A stretch of 63,861 nt of DNA, counting the filler, from Octopus bimaculoides (taxonomy: Eukaryota), in the NCBI RefSeq assembly GCF_001194135.2. It is 3 parts of 2 records of this genome, joined end to end, with 100 filler letters (N's around TTAATTAATTAA, not from the genome) between each part and the next. Parts side by side here need not be neighbours in the genome. Positions count along the whole stretch, not along the records: positions 1 to 16,455 come from NC_068990.1; 2 more parts are not named here. One strand, 5' to 3'. The position numbers were made by a program, and so were the translations under genes. Positions 1 to 10,952 of this stretch are shown here, in pieces. The notes beneath the pieces are model-generated. The model was not told where the DNA came from. It searched no databases and worked only from the letters and a program-made list of their open reading frames with translations. Numbering within the stretch: the first letter of the stretch is position 1; every line of letters begins with the position of its first letter.

Positions 1-342
1 TTTCCCACACAAACTGAGAAACCTATAAAAAAGTTTTCCACTTAAACAGTACAAAAATGTTTAAATGTCACCCCCGTTAGCGGGAGGGGCACAAAAATAG
101 TCTAGAAAGACTATTCAGAGTTCACAAAATAAAAATGTTTTAACAAAATGCCGCAATGGCCAGCAACTACAATAATTCCTGTAATTATTCCCCGGTAGAA
201 CCCTCAAATAAAACAGTTCAACAGTTTTTTTTTCTACGATAATTTCTTCGTTCAACAGCAAAAAAAAATCAATAACAGCAATAGCAACACAACAAAACGC
301 TTACCGAGAGCCAGTAAAATTACCTCTTCACTGTAGTGAGGG

Positions 343-374
343 AAGCAAGCTTCTTACCGCACAGCCACTCCTGC
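343..374 (-). mobile_element. SINE family A head fragment
   Basis: Reverse complement GCAGGAGTGGCTGTGCGGTAAGAAGCTTGCTT matches the head of the full copies at 16584 and 63677. Confidence 0.75.
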
Positions 375-1498
375 AAGTAAATATTTTTTACAACGAAATA
401 GGTTTGCACACAGTCTTACAGTGATGAAACTATGTTGATACAATCTCTATAGTAGTGTCAATGTAGAGCTGAGCTCCACATTAGAGGTTTTGATTGAAAC
501 CACTTCCTTAATCAAATTTTTAAAATGTTAGGTTAAAAGGCCCTAATTTCCTACCCCCTAATTCTCCTGATCAACTACAATGGTCAAGTGACTTATCATG
601 AAGGAGAAAAACTTAAAGAAAAAAATCCTTGCTAGATACACAGAATTCGAACATTCGACTTCTGGCTAAAATAGTGCTTTCTTTTCGAAATTCTGACAAC
701 GTTGCTGAGTCATTGGACGGAGGCCGGAGGGTACAAAGGCAGAAATGCCATGGTGACAACAATGTAGATGGGGACAATAGTTCGAATATACTCTTTTTAT
801 ATTCATAACAATTCGTTGTTTCAGAAAATCCGGCGTCACATATGTACGTACATATTAGTAAGTAAATATTTTTTTATGTCAAAATGCATAGCAATAATTT
901 ATCAATGTCTACTGCCTACGCAAGTATATTTCGGCGATGTGTGTGTGCAAAAATATCTGCAAGGCCTTCTTAATATTTAAAAGGTGAATGGTCACACAAA
1001 GAAAAGCAAAGAATATGATTCTTTACTTCTATATGTATTAGTGTATGTGTGTGTATACACACACACATACACACACATATACATATATAGATATGTATTT
1101 GTACGCATATATATATATANNNNNNNNNNNNNNNNNNNNNNNNNNNNNNNNNNNNNNNNNNNNNNNNNNNNNNNNNNNNNNNNNNNNNNNNNNNNNNNNN
1201 NNNNNNNNNNNNNNNNNNNNNNNNNNNNNNNNNNNNNNNNNNNNNNNNNNNNNNNNNNNNNNNNNNNNNNNNNNNNNNNNNNNNNNNNNNNNNNNNNNNN
1301 NNNNNNNNNNNNNNNNNNNNNNNNNNNNNNNNNNNNNNNNNNNNNNNNNNNNNNNNNNNNNNNNNNNNNNNNNNNNNNNNNNNNNNNNNNNNNNNNNNNN
1401 NNNNNNNNNNNNNNNNNNNNNNNNNNNNNNNNNNNNNNNNNNNNNNNNNNNNNNNNNNNNNNNNNNNNNNNNNNNNNNNNNNNNNNNNNNNNNNNNNN

Positions 1499-1536
<38 letters not shown>

Positions 1537-2011
1537 TGCACGTCTATGTATATGTACACGTGTGTGTGTGCGTGTGTACATGTGTATATATATATATACA
1601 CACACACACACAAACACACATATATTTTCCTAATTGCTTTTCCGTGCAATCTTTCCAGAGAGCAGGTGGCTGGTCAGAATGGACACTAAAGCACCAGTCA
1701 AGAAGAGAAAATATACGGCCATACACAAGCACACGCGAAAAGAATAACATCCTTTTTTTTATTATCTATTTATATATTTTCTGAATAGCTTTCTTTACAA
1801 TCATCATACCGAGCAGGTGGGCAGTCAAAATGAATTCTAAAGCAGCAATCAAGAAGACAAACAAGGCATATATGCACACATACATACACATATACATGCA
1901 TCACACAGATATACAGGTACTTGTATATGTATGTTCTTGACTTTGCATTAACTGTCACAATAAGGGTCAAACTGGAGCACCGCTTAAACAGTAAAAAATA
2001 TATATATGTAA

Positions 2012-2160
2012 ACATGGTAAGGAGTTTGCTTCTCAACTATGTGGTTCCGGGTTCAATCCCACAACGCGTCACATCGGTCAAGTGATTTCTACTATAGCCT
2101 CGGGTCAATCAAAGCCTTGTGAGTGGATTTGGTAGACGGAAACTGAAACAAGCCTGTCGT
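2012..2160 (+). mobile_element. tRNA-derived SINE family A, 5' half
   Basis: GGTTCCGGGTTCAATCCC B-box-like motif followed by AAAGCCTTGTGAGTGGATTTGGTAGACGGAAACTGAAA, shared with more than 10 copies in the window. Confidence 0.85.
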
Positions 2161-2616
2161 ATGTATGTATGTATGGATACGTATACGTACATACTTACAT
2201 GTAGACGTATATACATATGCAGCCGACTACTGATGAAGGGTCGTTCCTTGTGTTGCTTGTCTTGTTTTCCATTTGTTTNNNNNNNNNNNNNNNNNNNNNN
2301 NNNNNNNNNNNNNNNNNNNNNNNNNNNNNNNNNNNNNNNNNNNNNNNNNNNNNNNNNNNNNNNNNNNNNNNNNNNNNNTATATATTAATGTACATATATA
2401 CATGTGTGCAAAAATCGGAAGATAGATAGATTATAATAGAACATGATTGAAATAGAAAAATAACGAAACTACACATATGTGTGTATGTGCAAATGTATAT
2501 ATACAAACACATAGTTACATATATGCATACACATCCGCATGAGTGCATGTATGTATGGACACGCACACACACATGTGCGTGTGCATATGTGTAGCTTCAG
2601 ACTTTGTACATGGACT

Positions 2617-2651
<35 letters not shown>

Positions 2652-3737
2652 CGAAGCTTCGATTCAGTGATAAAATTTAGGAATCCTTTTGTAGCTTCAT
2701 TCAAAATGGTTTATTATAAAAATACTACACAAGAACGGATTTGCTCCGAGATTCTTAAGATGTGCCAATATGTTCTTTCATTTGAAAAAATCAATATCGC
2801 AATCCTCTGACCAAGGTTTCTCTGAAATACAGCCAAAAAGGTTAATACAGGCCGATCAGTAAAGTCGATAAGTCATAAATGTCACTATTTATTTGATATT
2901 GACATGAGTGACGATCGACAATTATATTCCCATATTAATGCTTTCAAAAACTACGTTCACAGAATATTTATATACCACAGGGACTTTTTCCCGTCTTCCT
3001 TTAATAATTCCTTTCGCTTTATCAATATAATAATTCTTAATGGATTATTGAGAAGTATATGGCAGAGGGCGTCATAGAGTAAACATGACGTGTCTTTTAG
3101 TTTCGTCTGGGTTCAAATCTTACAGGGGATGGCTTGTCTTTTACCATTTTGAGTTCGAAAAAGTGAAATACTGGAATCGATATAATCATTTTGTCGTTTG
3201 TATTCTTTCACATCCATCCCTCCTAATACTTTTGCCTTCAACTAAATATTTCTACTTTTTACCGTTTCGATTTAGCTTTACGCCCACCTATTATACCCTC
3301 TGATAAAGAAATCACAAACATTTTGAATTTCATTGTAATAAATTCTATATCGTAAGGCATTTATCCTGTCGCTCTCTCATTCCATTTTATTTTCTTGTAC
3401 TTCGATATAACCAACGATTATTACTCAGTCACTCTGCCTGCTAAAAACAGCAAACAAAAATCTCACTCAAGTCATAACCAGCCTTCTTGAAAAGTAGAAT
3501 GGTAATGTAGTCCTAGAGACCATAATATGAAAAAGACAATCACGCTGGAAAGTGCTTCGTTGTGGGTCTACCCTTTAGAAGTTGATTAGGTGCTAATGAC
3601 AACAGTCATAAGAACAATAACATCAAAACCAAATACTTAACACATAAACCAATTAGTGGAAATGCAAAAATGACGTCTCTACGATTAGAACACAAAATGT
3701 AACGGATGACACTAAATGCTGCTATATTTTAGTCTAA

Positions 3738-3962
3738 AGGGAGCGTGGCCAAATGGTTAGGAGTTCAATGCAGGACCGGCCGGTGCGTTGTTTTCTTCAG
3801 CAAAACATTTCATCTCACGTTGTTCTGTGGTCACTTCAACATTTGATACGTGGCACATTGTGCACTTTGATGAAGAGCGTGAGCTAAAAGTTTGTCACTC
3901 CATCTGCTACGACGGCGAGAGTTTCAGCTGATCCGATCAACGGAACAGCCTGCTCGTAAAAT
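3738..3962. mobile_element. SINE family C remnants (head on +, core/tail on -)
   Basis: GGGAGCGTGGCCAAATGGTTAGG head and CAAAACATTTCATCTCACG on +. CAGCTGATCCGATCAACGGAACAGCCTGCTCGTAAAATT is the reverse complement of the core seen at 10400-10463. Confidence 0.6.
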
Positions 3963-4277
3963 TCTTTTCTACTCTTGACACAAGGCCCGAATTTTTTTTT
4001 TTTTTTTTGTGGGAGGAGCCAGTCGACCCCAGTGCGCAACTAGTACGTATTTTATCGACCCCGATTTCGCTCGGCGTGCTAACGTTTCTTATTTCTTTAT
4101 TGCCCACAAGGGGCTAAACATAGAGGGGACAAATAAGGACAGACAAAGGGACTAAGTCGATTACATCGACCCCAGTGTGTAACTGGTACTTAATTTATCG
4201 ACCCCGAAAGGATGAAAGGCAAAATCGATCTCGGCGGAATTTGAACTCAGAACGCAGTGGCAGACGAAATACCGCTA
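3963..4277 (-). mobile_element. Two nested SINE family B copies
   Basis: 4090-4277 is the reverse complement of the + copy at 59520-59724 (GTTCTGAGTTCAAATTCCGCCGAG...GCCCCTTGTGGGCAATAAAGAAATAAG). It interrupts an older copy. Confidence 0.85.
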
Positions 4278-5111
4278 NNNNNNNNNNNNNNNNNNNNNNN
4301 NNNNNNNNNNNNNNNNNNNNNNNNNNNNNNNNNNNNNNNNNNNNNNNNNNNNNNNNNNNNNNNNNNNNNNNNNNNNNNNNNNNNNNNNNNNNNNNNNNNN
4401 NNNNNNNNNNNNNNNNNNNNNNNNNNNNNNNNNNNNNNNNNNNNNNNNNNNNNNNNNNNNNNNNNNNNNNNNNNNNNNNNNNNNNNNNNNNNNNNNNNNN
4501 NNNNNNNNNNNNNNNNNNNNNNNNNNNNNNNNNNNNNNNNNNNNNNNNNNNNNNNNNNNNNNNNNNNNNNNNNNNNNNNNNNNNNNNNNNNNNNNNNNNN
4601 NNNNNNNNNNNNNNNNNNNNNNNNNNNNNNNNNNNNNNNNNNNNNNNNNNNNNNNNNNNNNNNNNNNNNNNNNNNNNNNNNNNNNNNNNNNNNNNNNNNN
4701 NNNNNNNNNNNNNNNNNNNNNNNNNNNNNNNNNNNNNNNNNNNNNNNNNNNNNNNNNNNNNNNNNNNNNNNNNNNNNNNNNNNNNNNNNNNNNNNNNNNN
4801 NNNNNNNNNNNNNNNNNNNNNNNNNNNNNNNNNNNNNNNNNNNNNNNNNNNNNNNNNNNNNNNNNNNNNNNNNNNNNNNNNNNNNNNNNNNNNNNNNNNN
4901 NNNNNNNNNNNNNNNNNNNNNNNNNNNNNNNNNNNNNNNNNNNNNNNNNNNNNNNNNNNNNNNNNNNNNNNNNNNNNNNNNNNNNNNNNNNNNNNNNNNN
5001 NNNNNNNNNNNNNNNNNNNNNNNNNNNNNNNNNNNNNNNNNNNNNNNNNNNNNNNNNNNNNNNNNNNNNNNNNNNNNNNNNNNNNNNNNNNNNNNNNNNN
5101 NNNNNNNNNNN

Positions 5112-5173
5112 TAACCCTAACCCTAACCCTAACCGTAGGGTTAGGGTTAGAGTTAGGGTTAGGGTTAGGGTTA
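5112..5173. repeat. Interstitial telomeric repeat, (CCCTAA)n followed by (TTAGGG)n
   Basis: Read directly: TAACCCTAACCCTAACCCTAACCGTAGGGTTAGGGTTAGAGTTAGGGTTAGGGTTAGGGTTA. The left side is cut by an N gap. Confidence 0.95.
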
Positions 5174-5444
5174 AAGCAAATTTAAAATGAAAAAAGCAAA
5201 TAAAACGAAGAATCGTTTGTTTATGTAGTCGGCACTTAATGTATATCGGCTGAATGGACGTCAGTGATTGGTTGAAATTATCGAAATAAGACAATTTTTT
5301 ACATGAAATAAATTCGAATACAAAAATATTTTTCTGTTCTATAACACAAAATAGATAAGTATACGAAGTTTGAAAGTCTTTCGGTACCAAAAACACTACG
5401 TAAAACATTAATGAAAAATGTGGCCCCCGTTTTAAAAAAGATCC
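5174..5444. mobile_element. Right arm of a GGATC-terminated fold-back MITE, inserted into a family A SINE
   Basis: 5258-5444 is nearly identical to 60759-60943 and ends in the TIR ...TGTGGCCCCCGTTTTAAAAAAGATCC. SINE A sequence (AAGTGTCTTCTACTA...) resumes immediately after. Confidence 0.85.
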
Positions 5445-5735
5445 GAAGTGTCTTCTACTAGAGGTTTGGGTCGACCAAAGCCTTATGAGTAGATTTGGTA
5501 AACGGAAACTGAAAGAAGCCCTTCGTATATATATGTGTGTGTGTGTGTGCGCGCGCGCGTCTGTGTTTGTTCCCCACTACCGCTTGATAACAGGTTTTGA
5601 TTTGTTTACGTATAGAATAAGTACAAGGTTTCAAAAAAAAAACAAAAAAACTGGGGTCGATTCATTCGACTAAAAGTTTTTCAAAGCGGTGCCCCTGCAT
5701 GGCCGCAGTCCAGAGACTGAAACAAAAGATAATCG
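5445..5735 (+). mobile_element. SINE family A, 3' part
   Basis: GTCGACCAAAGCCTTATGAG...(GT)n...GGGGTCGATTCATTCGACTAAA...GCATGGCCGCAGTC...GACTGAAACAAAAGATAA. Confidence 0.85.
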
Positions 5736-6937
5736 AAATAAGATTCTTTATATTTCAGTACTGCGGTTGCTACTGAACATTTCAAAGGTTAACTGCTATA
5801 TCAACATTTTCCCAATTAAATATCAGCCGAATATTTTCTTCCCACATAGGGAACATAAATATACAGTATCTAATATTCGTACAGTTTGCCTATATAAAAG
5901 CTTCCTTTCCAAGTGTAACATGTTTGTGAAAAATTAGTAGTCGGAATTGAAGTCAAAATGAAATTTCTGCTCTAGATTTTACATTAAAAGACAAATTGAG
6001 TTTGATATAAATCTATTAAGTGCGATATTTTAGCAATAAATCGTCTTCGAATTGAAATAATTACATTAAACATTTTTTTTGATTACTCGATTCTCCTGAA
6101 ACCTTAAGGATACAATGTATCAATAATTCCAGTCGAATGATCTGGCAACAAATTTGATAGTTTTTATAGACTAACTTCTTTTCTATTTAATTCCCAACAC
6201 ATAATGATTACACTAACGTCGTATTATACGATTATATATCAGTTGTAAATTGAGTTTTTTACATCATAAGGTAACGTATCAAAGCCTATTTAATCTTGGA
6301 ATTAGGAAAATGTCTTTATTCGACTGAAGACATATAGCAACGCGTCTCTTTATTTCTAATATCGTTACTTTGAATAATGAGATATTGACCGATTTAAGTG
6401 GTTAATTATAAGATTACAAAGACAACATAACATGATTTACTAGGTTTTCATCAATTACCAAGGCTCATAGACATTTTATATATCATAAATTTAATGTTCA
6501 GTCAATTATAAACCAATGGTATCTATTTCTTTCTGATACTTGAGTAAAAAATATCATTAACGATTAGTATCATAAAGATTGGCTATTATATCTTTCGGTT
6601 GTTTCCTGCCTGCCGTTCGTTCGAATTTGTTTTCTAATGCCTTACAAGGAAAGAAACTAGTTGATAACCTTTAAGGAACCAAACTTAGAGTTTCCGCTTG
6701 CTACGTTATGTTTGCACTCAATACAAGTTATATTTTTAGAGATGATTTCCTTTCCAATGTATGCATTGGTAAAGAGAGGTTAATACTTTGATAGTTGGTT
6801 CAAGTTTTGAACAAGCTACCGGCTGGTATGTCACTATTTTGGATCAAATCGATGAGTTATTTTATTTATCTTTTTTCTTTTAATGGCTTCAATCACAGAC
6901 CTGCGGCTATGCTGGAGCACCACCTCAACTTCTTTTC

Positions 6938-7065
6938 TATCGGTCTTGTTGTTGCTTTATCGCAGGAAGTTGGTCTACACTTGAATTTGTAGCAGTTGAT
7001 CTTCTCTGAATGTATCCCTGAATGGTTGGCTGGTCTGGTATCATCGTTAAGAGTTTATTCAATTT

Positions 7066-7102
<37 letters not shown>

Positions 7103-7470
7103 TTCAGTTGTAGTTCCTTTTCTAGTTCTGATTTCAAGCAGTTGAATAGTTGAGGACGTCTAATTATCAGACTGGTACAATAGTGTGTGGCATATTTGGA
7201 ATCTGACAGTATCTGCTAGTTCGTGAATTAAAGATTTCTCTAATGCTGCTACAGAATTTTCCATATGTATATGAATTTTCATATTTATATTCAGGCGTTG
7301 AAGAGGATAGAAACGAAGAGCTGTCAGGCGTTCCTGTCAATTTATTATTCTATATCTCAAATGGTTAGCAACAGCCTCGTTGATTACCGGCTTCCAATAG
7401 ATCAATCAGTGATTCACTATATTTTCGATAAGTGTTACAACACCAGTTTTCGTTTTTTCTCTCCGATTTT
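6938..7470 (-). mobile_element. CR1/Jockey-group LINE ORF2 C-terminal remnant with an internal poly(A) tract
   Basis: The - strand reads RRPQLFNCL...KLNKLLTMIPDQPTIQGYIQRRSTATNSSVDQL, resembling the GP.LFN.LP...FK.KLD.FL..IPD.P...GY....A.SNSL..Q end of CR1-type ORF2. A T-run of about 50 nt interrupts it. Confidence 0.65.
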
Positions 7471-7505
7471 TTAATCGTTGAAAAAGATTGATTAGCATAA
7501 TGCAA

Positions 7506-7560
<55 letters not shown>

Positions 7561-7762
7561 CATACGTACGTATATACATACATACATACAAAACGAAACT
7601 CACACAATACATACACACACAAACATATTAACATTCAGCAGAAGTTATACTAATAACCATTAGAAAAAATAAGCTAAGGGAAGTAACTCAAGAGATTCAA
7701 CTATGAATTTAAAGATGGAAATTAAGCGGAGGATATACCAAATGACATATGCCAAATACCTT

Positions 7763-8152
7763 AATTCTTTTATTCTTTTACTTGTTTCAGTCATTTGACT
7801 GCGGCCATGCTGGAGCACCGCATTGAAGGGCTTTAAGTCGAACAAATTGACCCTAGGACTTATATCTTAAGCCTAATACTTATTCTATCGGTTCGTTTTG
7901 CCGAACCGCTAGTTTATGGGGACGTAAACACACACACACATAGATGCACGCACACACATACGCACACGCACGCGCACGCACACACATATACGACGGGATT
8001 CTTTCAGTTTCCATCAACCAAATCCACTCACAAAGCTTTTGGTGGGCTCGAGGCTACAGAAGACATTTGCCCAAGGTTCCACGCGGTGGCACTGAACCTG
8101 GAACCATGTGGTTGAGAAGCAAGCTTTTTACCACACAGACACGCCCGCGCCT
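7763..8152 (-). mobile_element. SINE family A, full length
   Basis: Reverse complement runs from the head GGCGCGGGCGTGTCTGTGTGGTAAAAAGCTTGC to the tail GACTGAAACAAGTAAAAGAATAAAAGAA. Confidence 0.9.
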
Positions 8153-8499
8153 ATAATTGACTATCCTGTCTCCACCTTAGGTGGAAAAGTCAAGAAAACC
8201 TCTAATGATATTCAAATAAATGGAGTTATAATTTTAACAAGTTAGGAATTTGTAGTAGTAGTAATATGGGAGCATGCGCCATAACAGCAATTTCCTGCAT
8301 CTACCATTTGTTGATGAGTTGTTATTCTTGGTGGATGACACTCCTGTACCACTCAGGCGAGAATCTTCCAGCTCATGGGTCTGTTTGGATAGTCTATGAT
8401 GGTGGAGGGTTTTACGTATTCGAAGTGTACATCCTGCCTCAACCTCTTTCTGTCACCTTTTATGACATGTAGAGGAAACGTTGGGTCAGTTCTTTGAAA

Positions 8500-8606
8500 T
8501 GAAGTGTTTTGCTCAAGAACACAACACGCCACCCAGTCCACGAATCGAACCCACGATTTGGTGATCGTGTGTGCATCGCCCTAACCACTTGGCCACGTGC
8601 CTTCAC
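8500..8606 (-). mobile_element. SINE family C tRNA-like head
   Basis: Reverse complement: GTGAAGGCACGTGGCCAAGTGGTTAGGG...GGTTCGATTCG...GTGTTGTGTTCTTGAGCAAAACACTTCATTTC, with A and B boxes. Confidence 0.8.
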
Positions 8607-10164
8607 AAAAATATTTGCATTAATTTGAGAGAAATTTGATCGTTTGTAACTGGTACGGCGACATTTATAAGCCTAATTCCAGTTTTACTGATTCGAAGTC
8701 ATGGAAATTAATAGAGTTAAGCAAGAATTAAAATTTCAAACTCTTTGATTTTAGGTAAAGAGGAAACCAACAAGATATTATAATTAAGTTAAAATTCATC
8801 AGAAATGTTTAAAAATCAAACAAGAGTAAGAGCCAACGAAAGTGTGCTTCTACATGGCCATTCTACCGACAGAAATAGCAGTCAAATCTCCATGAAATTT
8901 AAACCTATCATCGTGAAAGAGGGAATGTATATTAGTTATTGTCGTCTTGGGTACAAAATTTCCGTGTGAAACATGACAGAAAGATTATAACGTGAATGTT
9001 TTTGATCATGCATCTACTTGATCAGAGATAAACTGCAGTTAAACAACAAATGAACGAGACAACACGGGTTCAACAATAGTAACAACAACAACAACAACAA
9101 CAGTAACGGCAACAGCAACTCGATGAGGGAACCTGTAACAGAAGTTAAATTGAATCTCATGATGGTCGCAATAAAAATCTAAATTACGACCGCTTGTTGT
9201 CAATCATAATATTTTTCTCTTTAAGTTACGGTTTCAGTTTTAATTCAAAAACCTATCTACCCCTAAATATAAATTGCTTTCTAACATCAATTTTATTCTT
9301 CGATTAGTTGTTGTGATTTACGAGTTGATATTTTTATATATCTATCTGGGCAATAAGAATACAATGAAGAGATAAACGTACAGATTTACAACACTTTATC
9401 ATTTTAGATTATGCGACATATCAAAATGGCCGCTTAGATAACGTATCATACGTTTTAGGTTAACACGGGTTCATATCCTGTCACAAATCCCGTGCACTGT
9501 GTAAAACATCGACTCTATAAAGTTACTTATTGCTTACAGAAGAAATCATCATGCGATACACAAATTTATTGGAGACCTAAAAGTAGATTAAAAGACAACT
9601 GTATATAAAACTTGTAGTAGTCCTCGCCTTCGTCGCAGCCACCACTACCTATTTCGTAGCTATCTTCCTCATGTCAGCTCTGAAATACTTATAGAATGCA
9701 GGTAACAGCCGGACAAGATACATCCACAGATCTATTATTCCACATATGCTCTGTTCCTCAACGTAGCTCCGACAAGTTTTGGCTACATGTTAAATAGTAT
9801 GGAGTGAAGTTTTGCATTCTGAACATGTATAGACACACGCACAAACATACACTCTCTCCCCCTCTCTCTTTCTCTCTCCCTCTCTCTCTCCCTCCATTAT
9901 ATTCCCTTACACCTTTAGATCCCGGCGGTGTCCACAGCGGAGGTTGGCAAGGTGGACACATATGAACTAAAACCAACGAAGAAGCTCCGACTAGACTACT
10001 AAACCTAACACATTAGCGAAATCTACTTCAAATTTCACCATATCGTCTTTGAGAATATTTTAATACCAACTGGTATTATTGTTGTTTACAAGTCAAAGAT
10101 TACTGAGAAGACTTATGATCAAAGGTTTTCAGGCCTTTGATCATTCTGTCTTTTCTTTCTAGAT

Positions 10165-10463
10165 TGTGAAAGCGTGTAGCTTTGTGGTTAAGGTTTTCAG
10201 CTCAAGGTCGTAAGATTGTGAGTTCGATTCCCAGCGGCTCGTTGTGTCCTCGAGCAACACACTTTATTTTGGAAAAAATGAATTGTACCTGTAATTCAAA
10301 GCGCCAGTCTGGTCACATTCGGTGTTACACCAAATATACTTGAGACCAACATCAAGGGTACGCATGCCTCGGGAGTGCTTAGCCATTTGAACCTTAATTT
10401 CACGAGCAGTCTCTGTTAATCTGATCAACTAGAATACTTGTCGTCATGACCGATGGGGTGCCA
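10165..10463 (+). mobile_element. SINE family C with conserved central core
   Basis: tRNA-like head (GTGGTTAAGG...GAGTTCGATTCCC), TTGTGTCCTCGAGCAACACAC, and core GGAGTGCTTAGCCA...TTAATTTCACGAGCAG...GATCAACT. Confidence 0.75.
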
Positions 10464-10481
10464 GTTACTTTTCTAGTTAAA

Positions 10482-10930
10482 AGTGGCTGCGTGGTAAGTA
10501 GCTTACTTACCAACCACATGGTTCCGGGTTCAGTCCCACTGCGTGGCACCTTGGGCAAGTGTCTTCTACTATAGCCACGGGCCGATCAAAGCCTTGTGAG
10601 TGGATTTGTTAGAGGGAAACTGAAAGAAGCTCATCGTATATATNNNNNNNNNNNNNNNNNNNNNNNNNNNNNNNNNNNNNNNNNNNNNNNNNNNNNNNNN
10701 NNNNNNTATATATATATATATATATATCTGAGTGTGTTGTGTGTCTGTGTTCCCCCAACATCACTTGGCAACCGATGCTGGTATATTTACGTCCCCGTAA
10801 CTTAGCGATTCGGCAAAAGCGACCGATAGAATAAGTACTAGACTTACAAAGAATAAGCCCTGATTTGCTCGACTAAAGGTGGTGCTTCAGCATGGCCACA
10901 GTCAAATGACTGAAACAAGTAAAAGAATAA
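10482..10930 (+). mobile_element. SINE family A, full length (N gap in the central microsatellite)
   Basis: Head GTGGCTGCGTGGTAAGTAGCTTACTTACCAACCACATGGTTCCGGGTTCAGTCCC through tail GACTGAAACAAGTAAAAGAATAAAAGAA. Confidence 0.9.
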
Positions 10931-10952
10931 AAGAATATATTATATATATATA

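Noticed and set aside
66-115. GC hairpin (CCCG-TTAG-CGGG) followed by CTAG, plus an AATAGTCT/AGACTATT hairpin, as a Helitron 3' end
   Set aside because: The stem is only 4 clean bp, CTAG is followed by A rather than T, and no second copy in the window supports it.
305-370. 66-bp minus-strand exon candidate with good AG/GT sites overlapping a SINE head
   Set aside because: Stops in all three frames; at most a non-coding exonisation, which cannot be tested here.
5112-5173. Chromosome end or telomere-fusion scar
   Set aside because: Ordinary sequence continues on both sides, the orientation is opposite to a fusion scar, and it adjoins a MITE arm.
6322-6348. Hammerhead-like GA-CTGAAGA-CATATA-GCAA-CGCGTC-TC
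   Set aside because: GAAA is mutated, there is no stem II and stem I is only 2 bp; possibly an ancient Penelope relic but unsupportable.
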